Assembly: GCA_028819215.1 (NCBI GenBank)
Contig: JAPPMG010000077.1
Coordinates: 365-64,364, forward strand
DNA length: 64,000 bases
DNA from: Bryobacterales bacterium
Lineage (GTDB): Bacteria; Acidobacteriota; Terriglobia; Bryobacterales; UBA6623
Reading direction: 5' to 3'
The translations under genes and the position numbers were made by a program. The notes beneath the pieces were generated by a model that saw nothing but the letters and a program-made list of their open reading frames with translations, searched no databases and was not told where the DNA came from. Shown here in pieces: positions 59,700 to 64,000 of this stretch (positions within the stretch are counted from its first letter, which is position 1; each line of letters starts with the position of its first letter).

Positions 59700-60173
59700 A
59701 GTGAATCGGCCGTTCGCAGTGCAATGGCGCTGCTTTCTAGCGGAGGGCGAAATCCGTGCGACGACCGTCTCTACAGTCGGAAGCAGTTTGATGCATTCAA
59801 AGGGGCGTTCGTGATGCAAACCCGCAGAGGGGACACTGAATCTTCCGTCTTCGTCACCAGCCGGATGTAGTGGGGTCGCGAAGCGTTCTGGATTGGCCAA
59901 GACTTCGATGGTGCGCTCTGGCAACACAGCCGATCATGACGGGTCGAGTAGCTTAGACGGGGCGTCGGACGAGAGGCACACCCCCAAACGGCACGGAGTC
60001 CTCACTAGTCTTCACCTTAGCGATCAGTGGATTTCCGGCTCTGTGAGCAATCGTCCTCAGTTCGCCATATGCTCGGGAGCAGTGACCGCCCGTTGCTCAG
60101 ACCGGCCAGTATCCCTAGCAATCGCGCCGGTTAGAAAGGGCTGGTGGGCAATCCGGCGCAGAGCACTAATCAA

Positions 60174-60518
60174 TCAGTCCGCCGAGCCGACGCCCAGCAC
60201 GCTGTCGATCCAGCCCAAATAGGCCGCGCTGCCTCGCTCGACGGGCAACGTAATCAACTCGAACACCTCGTAGGGATGCACGGCCGCGACCGCTGCTTCC
60301 AGCTCTTCGAAGCGGTCAGCCCGGGTCTTGATGACCAGCAGGGATTCGGAATCCCGCTCGATCTCGCCCTTCCACTCGTAGACAGAGGTCAAGCCCGCAA
60401 CGACGTTCACGCACGCGCAGACCCGACGGCGGACGAGTTCGCCGGCAATCTCCTCAGCCTTTTCGGGCGGGCACGTGCAAAGCGCGACGCAGTATTCGTG
60501 ATCGGGGGCTGCAGGCAT
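60174..60518 (-). CDS. cutA: Divalent-cation tolerance protein CutA
   Basis: ACVN...SVYEWKG...E..L.IKT, HPYEV.E. Confidence 0.92.
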   Translation of the reverse strand: MPAAPDHEYCVALCTCPPEKAEEIAGELVRRRVCACVNVVAGLTSVYEWKGEIERDSESLLVIKTRADRFEELEAAVAAVHPYEVFELITLPVERGSAAYLGWIDSVLGVGSAD

Positions 60519-60587
60519 CGTAGCGCGCCGGCGGCGCGGCATCTATGCTGGCAACTCCGCGGCACGGGGCGCAACCCCCGAGTCGCC

Positions 60588-62957
60588 TCAGGCCAGCGGC
60601 AGCGGATAGGCCGGCCGCGTCAGCAGCTTGGTCGTGTGGATGGCCCTGTACTGCGCCAGAAGGCGTGAGACCGCTGCCGCGCGGTCCCAGTTCCGCTCCA
60701 CCGAAGCACGTGCGGTGGAGGCCAGAGTGTGGCCCTGTGCGGGGCTCGACAACAACGCGACGATGGCCTCGGCAAATGCGTCGTCCTCGTCTTCGATCCA
60801 CGCTTCGGCCGCACCGGGCTTGCACAGCCCTTCGGCAGCCAGGCTCGTGGCAACCACGGGAATGCCGCTCGCGAACGCCTCGAGCAGCTTGACACGCACG
60901 CCGGAGCCGCTCAGTATCGGCGCAGCGAAAACCGCGTAGCGTCCCAGCACGTCGCGAATGTCGCCCACCGGACCGAGGAATTCCATGCCGTCGGCCTCCA
61001 GCACCGAAGCGAGCCAATCCGGCGCATCGGAACCCGCAACCACGAAGCGAGTGCCCTCCATCCTGCCTCGCACCAAGGGAACGATGCGCTTGCGAAAGTG
61101 CGTCAGCGCTTCCAAGTTCGGCGGGTGCCGGAAGTTGCCCACGAACAGCACGGTGCCCTCCTCCCGCCCCTCGAGGCGAAGCGGGTACGCGGAGACGTCG
61201 ATCGCCGTGCGCAGGTTGTCTTTGACAGGCGGCTCGTCACCGAGCAGCGCGCGCAACGCGTGGCGCTGCGCCGAGCTGCAGACCTGGACGACATCGAAAT
61301 TGCGCAGCCGGGTTAGCTCGAAGCGAAGGGCTCGCAGGTATTCGTACGCCCTGCGGGGCAGCTCCGGCAGGCCGGCGGCCAGCATTCCCCGCTGGACCGA
61401 CTGGAAGTGCAGGTCATGCTCGAACAGGCACGAAGCCAATTGCCGAAACCGGGCGCCGTAGGATGCGAGCTGGGCGTATTCGAGCTGGACGATGTCTATG
61501 CGGCGGAGCAAGATCGTGCGCTGGATCTTCCAAAGGATGTCGGGATCCCAGAAGGACTGGGCCGAGTGCGGCCACAGCAGTGGCGCACCCCGGCGGCGGC
61601 GCGGGTCGTGCAGCACGAACTCGGCGCTCGCGCACTTGCGGGCCAGTTCACGGTGGGTCGCGAAGTCGGCCTCGCGTTCCAGCAGGCAGAGCAGGTGCAG
61701 GCGGCAACCTGCAGCTAGTCCTTCGACCGTCTGCTTCATGAAGACCGCGCCGCCGTGCAGCGGCGGATCGATCGGATACGGGGACACGAAGAGCACCTGG
61801 AGATCTTCGGTCGGCTTGCTCTCCAGCCGCTGGAAGCGGTCGCGGAAGAATCCGCCCAAGGGCCGCAGCAGCGCTTCGGAGTCGGAGATCTCGGCCAGCC
61901 TGCGCGAAGTCGCCCGGTGACCCGCCGCACGCAGTCCTTGACGCAAGGCCGCCAAGAACGCCCGGGCGCTGGCTCGGTTCTCGCTCTTGCCCGCCAGCAG
62001 CGATAGCCACATGTCTCCGTACAGCCAGCCGAAATGTCCCACCAGGCGAGCCCACTCGTGCATGTTCTTCCACACGAACAACAGGCGGTTTTTCTGCAGC
62101 ACATGCTGGATGTGCTCTGCCGAGAAGTGCCTCCCGATCGTGCCCCGGTGTTCGTGGTGCAGCACGCTGTCCGGCGCATAGAAATTGATCCAGCCACGTT
62201 TCCAAGCCATGTAGGCCAGGTCCACGTCTTCCATGTAGAACGGGGCCAGCAACTCGTCGAAGCCGCCGAGTTCCAGAAGCTTCTGCCGGTCGTACGCAGT
62301 CGAGCCGCCCCCCGTGTAGAAGGTCGGGAACAATTCGTCCACCTGCGGATCCGCCATGTGCTGCAGGTGGATGCGGCCGCGATGCCAGCGCCCCATCGTC
62401 AAGCCGGTCTCCTCGCGCGGCTTGTCGGCCGACTCGAAGTAGATCTGGCTCGTGACCGAAAACACGCGCGGATCGCGGAAGCCATCCAGCAGCGGCTGCA
62501 CGAATCCGGGCTCTACGCGCATGTCGTTGTTGAGCATGAGCACGATGTCGAAGCGGGCCAGGCTGCAGCCGATGTTGCAAGCCCGCCCGAAGCCAAGGTT
62601 CGAGCCCATCTCGACCACGCGCACGCCAGGGAAGTGCTCCGCGAGATACTCCGTGGTTCCATCCTCGGAGGCGTTCTCCATGATCAGGACTTCGTACTCA
62701 GCGACCTCCGCCAACGCGTTCAGCAGGTGCGGCAGGTTGCGCGCCAAGAGTTCGCGGCCATTCCAGGTCGGGATGACGACGCTGACTCCGCGATTGGAGA
62801 TGCCCGTGCCATGATCCTCCGTTCGCTTGCCCGAGATGAGCGCCGCCACGTCGGCGCCAAGCAGCACCAAGGCCAGCAGCGCCAACAGCGCCGGGGCGAG
62901 CGCCACTAGAAACACTACCGTCGCAACGGTTGCAAGGCCGACCCCGAATCGAGTCAT
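60588..62957 (-). CDS. GT2-GT4 fusion glycosyltransferase
   Basis: VVIPTWN, NLGFG, LNND, YMEDVD; C-terminal FVGNF.H.PN, GVRVKLLEAFASGIPVV. Confidence 0.88.
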   Translation of the reverse strand: MTRFGVGLATVATVVFLVALAPALLALLALVLLGADVAALISGKRTEDHGTGISNRGVSVVIPTWNGRELLARNLPHLLNALAEVAEYEVLIMENASEDGTTEYLAEHFPGVRVVEMGSNLGFGRACNIGCSLARFDIVLMLNNDMRVEPGFVQPLLDGFRDPRVFSVTSQIYFESADKPREETGLTMGRWHRGRIHLQHMADPQVDELFPTFYTGGGSTAYDRQKLLELGGFDELLAPFYMEDVDLAYMAWKRGWINFYAPDSVLHHEHRGTIGRHFSAEHIQHVLQKNRLLFVWKNMHEWARLVGHFGWLYGDMWLSLLAGKSENRASARAFLAALRQGLRAAGHRATSRRLAEISDSEALLRPLGGFFRDRFQRLESKPTEDLQVLFVSPYPIDPPLHGGAVFMKQTVEGLAAGCRLHLLCLLEREADFATHRELARKCASAEFVLHDPRRRRGAPLLWPHSAQSFWDPDILWKIQRTILLRRIDIVQLEYAQLASYGARFRQLASCLFEHDLHFQSVQRGMLAAGLPELPRRAYEYLRALRFELTRLRNFDVVQVCSSAQRHALRALLGDEPPVKDNLRTAIDVSAYPLRLEGREEGTVLFVGNFRHPPNLEALTHFRKRIVPLVRGRMEGTRFVVAGSDAPDWLASVLEADGMEFLGPVGDIRDVLGRYAVFAAPILSGSGVRVKLLEAFASGIPVVATSLAAEGLCKPGAAEAWIEDEDDAFAEAIVALLSSPAQGHTLASTARASVERNWDRAAAVSRLLAQYRAIHTTKLLTRPAYPLPLA

Positions 62958-62966
62958 ACGCCGCCC

Positions 62967-64000
62967 CTAAGCGCCACGCACCTCGACCCGGCAGGGCAGG
63001 TGGATGTAGCCGTAAATCTCGCCGACGCCACGGGCCATGGGCACGGTCAAGGCGTTGTCAATCCAGTCGCAGATCTCGTAATCGGCGAGATCCCCGTCCG
63101 CGATCGCCGGAGCGAACGCGAACGAGCCTGGGTAGAGCTCGGGCAGGTCGATGTGAAAGTCGACCGCGAGCGTGCGACCCGGCTCCAGCGGATCCAGCGC
63201 GATGCCCTCGCGGGCGGTGTTCGTGCCCGCGAAGTCAATTCCCAAGTGGTTGCGCATCATGAAGCCCACGTTCGGGGCGGCGATCCGCTCACGGGCGCGC
63301 ACGGCGACGCGCACGGTGGTCCGCTCGCGGGGAATCAGCTCGCGCAGCCGCCGGCCTTGGCTGTCAAGGACGGAGATGGCGGTCACTTCCGCGCGGCCGG
63401 TTCCGAAGCGGCCGTCAACATTCGGAATGGCATCCGTTGCCCGAGGCCCGGGGACGGCTGGTTCGACCGCTTCCGGGTCGTCCTCCCGTGCCGGCGTCTG
63501 GCCGCGGGCCTGCCGATCTCGGGCGGTCATGTCGGCCAAGTATTTCCGGACCACGGCGCTCGGCTCGCCTTGCTCGGCTACCCGGCCTTGGTCGAGCCAG
63601 AGCACGCGCGTGCCCAACGATTGCACGTCCGCCATGGCGTGAGAGACGAACAGGATCGTCACCTGCTTGCTCCGCAGCTCGTGGACCTTGCGCATGCAGC
63701 GCTGGCGGAAGTAGTAGTCCCCCACAGCCAGCGCCTCGTCCACCAGCAGCACTTCGGGCTCCACATGGATCGCCACCGCGAACGCGAGCCGCACCAGCAT
63801 CCCGCTGGAATAAGTCTTGACTGGCTTGTCGATGAAGTCTCCGATTTCAGCGAACTCCTCGATCTGCGGGCACCTCTGGCGGAATTCCCGCCCGGACAGG
63901 CCGAACAAGGCCGCGCTCAGCCTGGCATTCTCCCGTCCGGTGAACTCGGGATGGAATCCGGCGCCCAGTTCCAGCAAGGCAGCCACTCGTCCTTCGACTT
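62967..64000 (-). CDS. wzt: Wzt-like polysaccharide ABC ATPase with Wzt_C domain (5' end outside window)
   Basis: LELGAGF, YSSGM.VRLAF, DEALAVGD, VSH, RFGTG. Confidence 0.88.
   Translation of the reverse strand, partial: VEGRVAALLELGAGFHPEFTGRENARLSAALFGLSGREFRQRCPQIEEFAEIGDFIDKPVKTYSSGMLVRLAFAVAIHVEPEVLLVDEALAVGDYYFRQRCMRKVHELRSKQVTILFVSHAMADVQSLGTRVLWLDQGRVAEQGEPSAVVRKYLADMTARDRQARGQTPAREDDPEAVEPAVPGPRATDAIPNVDGRFGTGRAEVTAISVLDSQGRRLRELIPRERTTVRVAVRARERIAAPNVGFMMRNHLGIDFAGTNTAREGIALDPLEPGRTLAVDFHIDLPELYPGSFAFAPAIADGDLADYEICDWIDNALTVPMARGVGEIYGYIHLPCRVEVRGA

Noticed and set aside
59700..60170. Island boundary repeat or small gene after the XRE regulator
   Set aside because: No matching direct repeat found near 49.4 kb or 54 kb, and no supported ORF

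Overview
GC-rich bacterial chromosomal window in which housekeeping blocks (lipA, aquaporin, menG/ubiE, aroB, nadB, murB, UbiD decarboxylase, methylmalonyl-CoA mutase, cutA, glycosyltransferases, wzt) alternate with four accessory regions. (1) 1-17.5 kb is a defence island: a 5'-truncated STAND-type NTPase coupled to a partner with an RxxxxH (HEPN-like) motif, a DUF6361/PLD/SF2-helicase triad (Azaca-like), and a 4-kb IS1595-family element with ~50-bp inverted repeats carrying a secreted serine protease and a DNA methyltransferase. (2) 19.2-24 kb is a tRNA-Leu(TAA) hotspot with a decayed full-length tRNA copy, a broken vapBC, an attR-like 3' repeat and a decayed lipA fragment. (3) 35.7-40 kb is a ubiquitin-like operon (Ubl-E2 fusion, JAB-E1 fusion) divergent from a sigma-like/unknown/ImmA-IrrE peptidase triad. 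(4) 49.5-59.7 kb holds Fic, YfiT, a DEAD-box helicase and a second conjugation operon (MBL hydrolase, E2-E1-JAB fusion, membrane protein) divergent from an XRE-ImmA/IrrE regulator. All calls come from motif reading and recall; no searches were run. Taxonomy cannot be established from this window.
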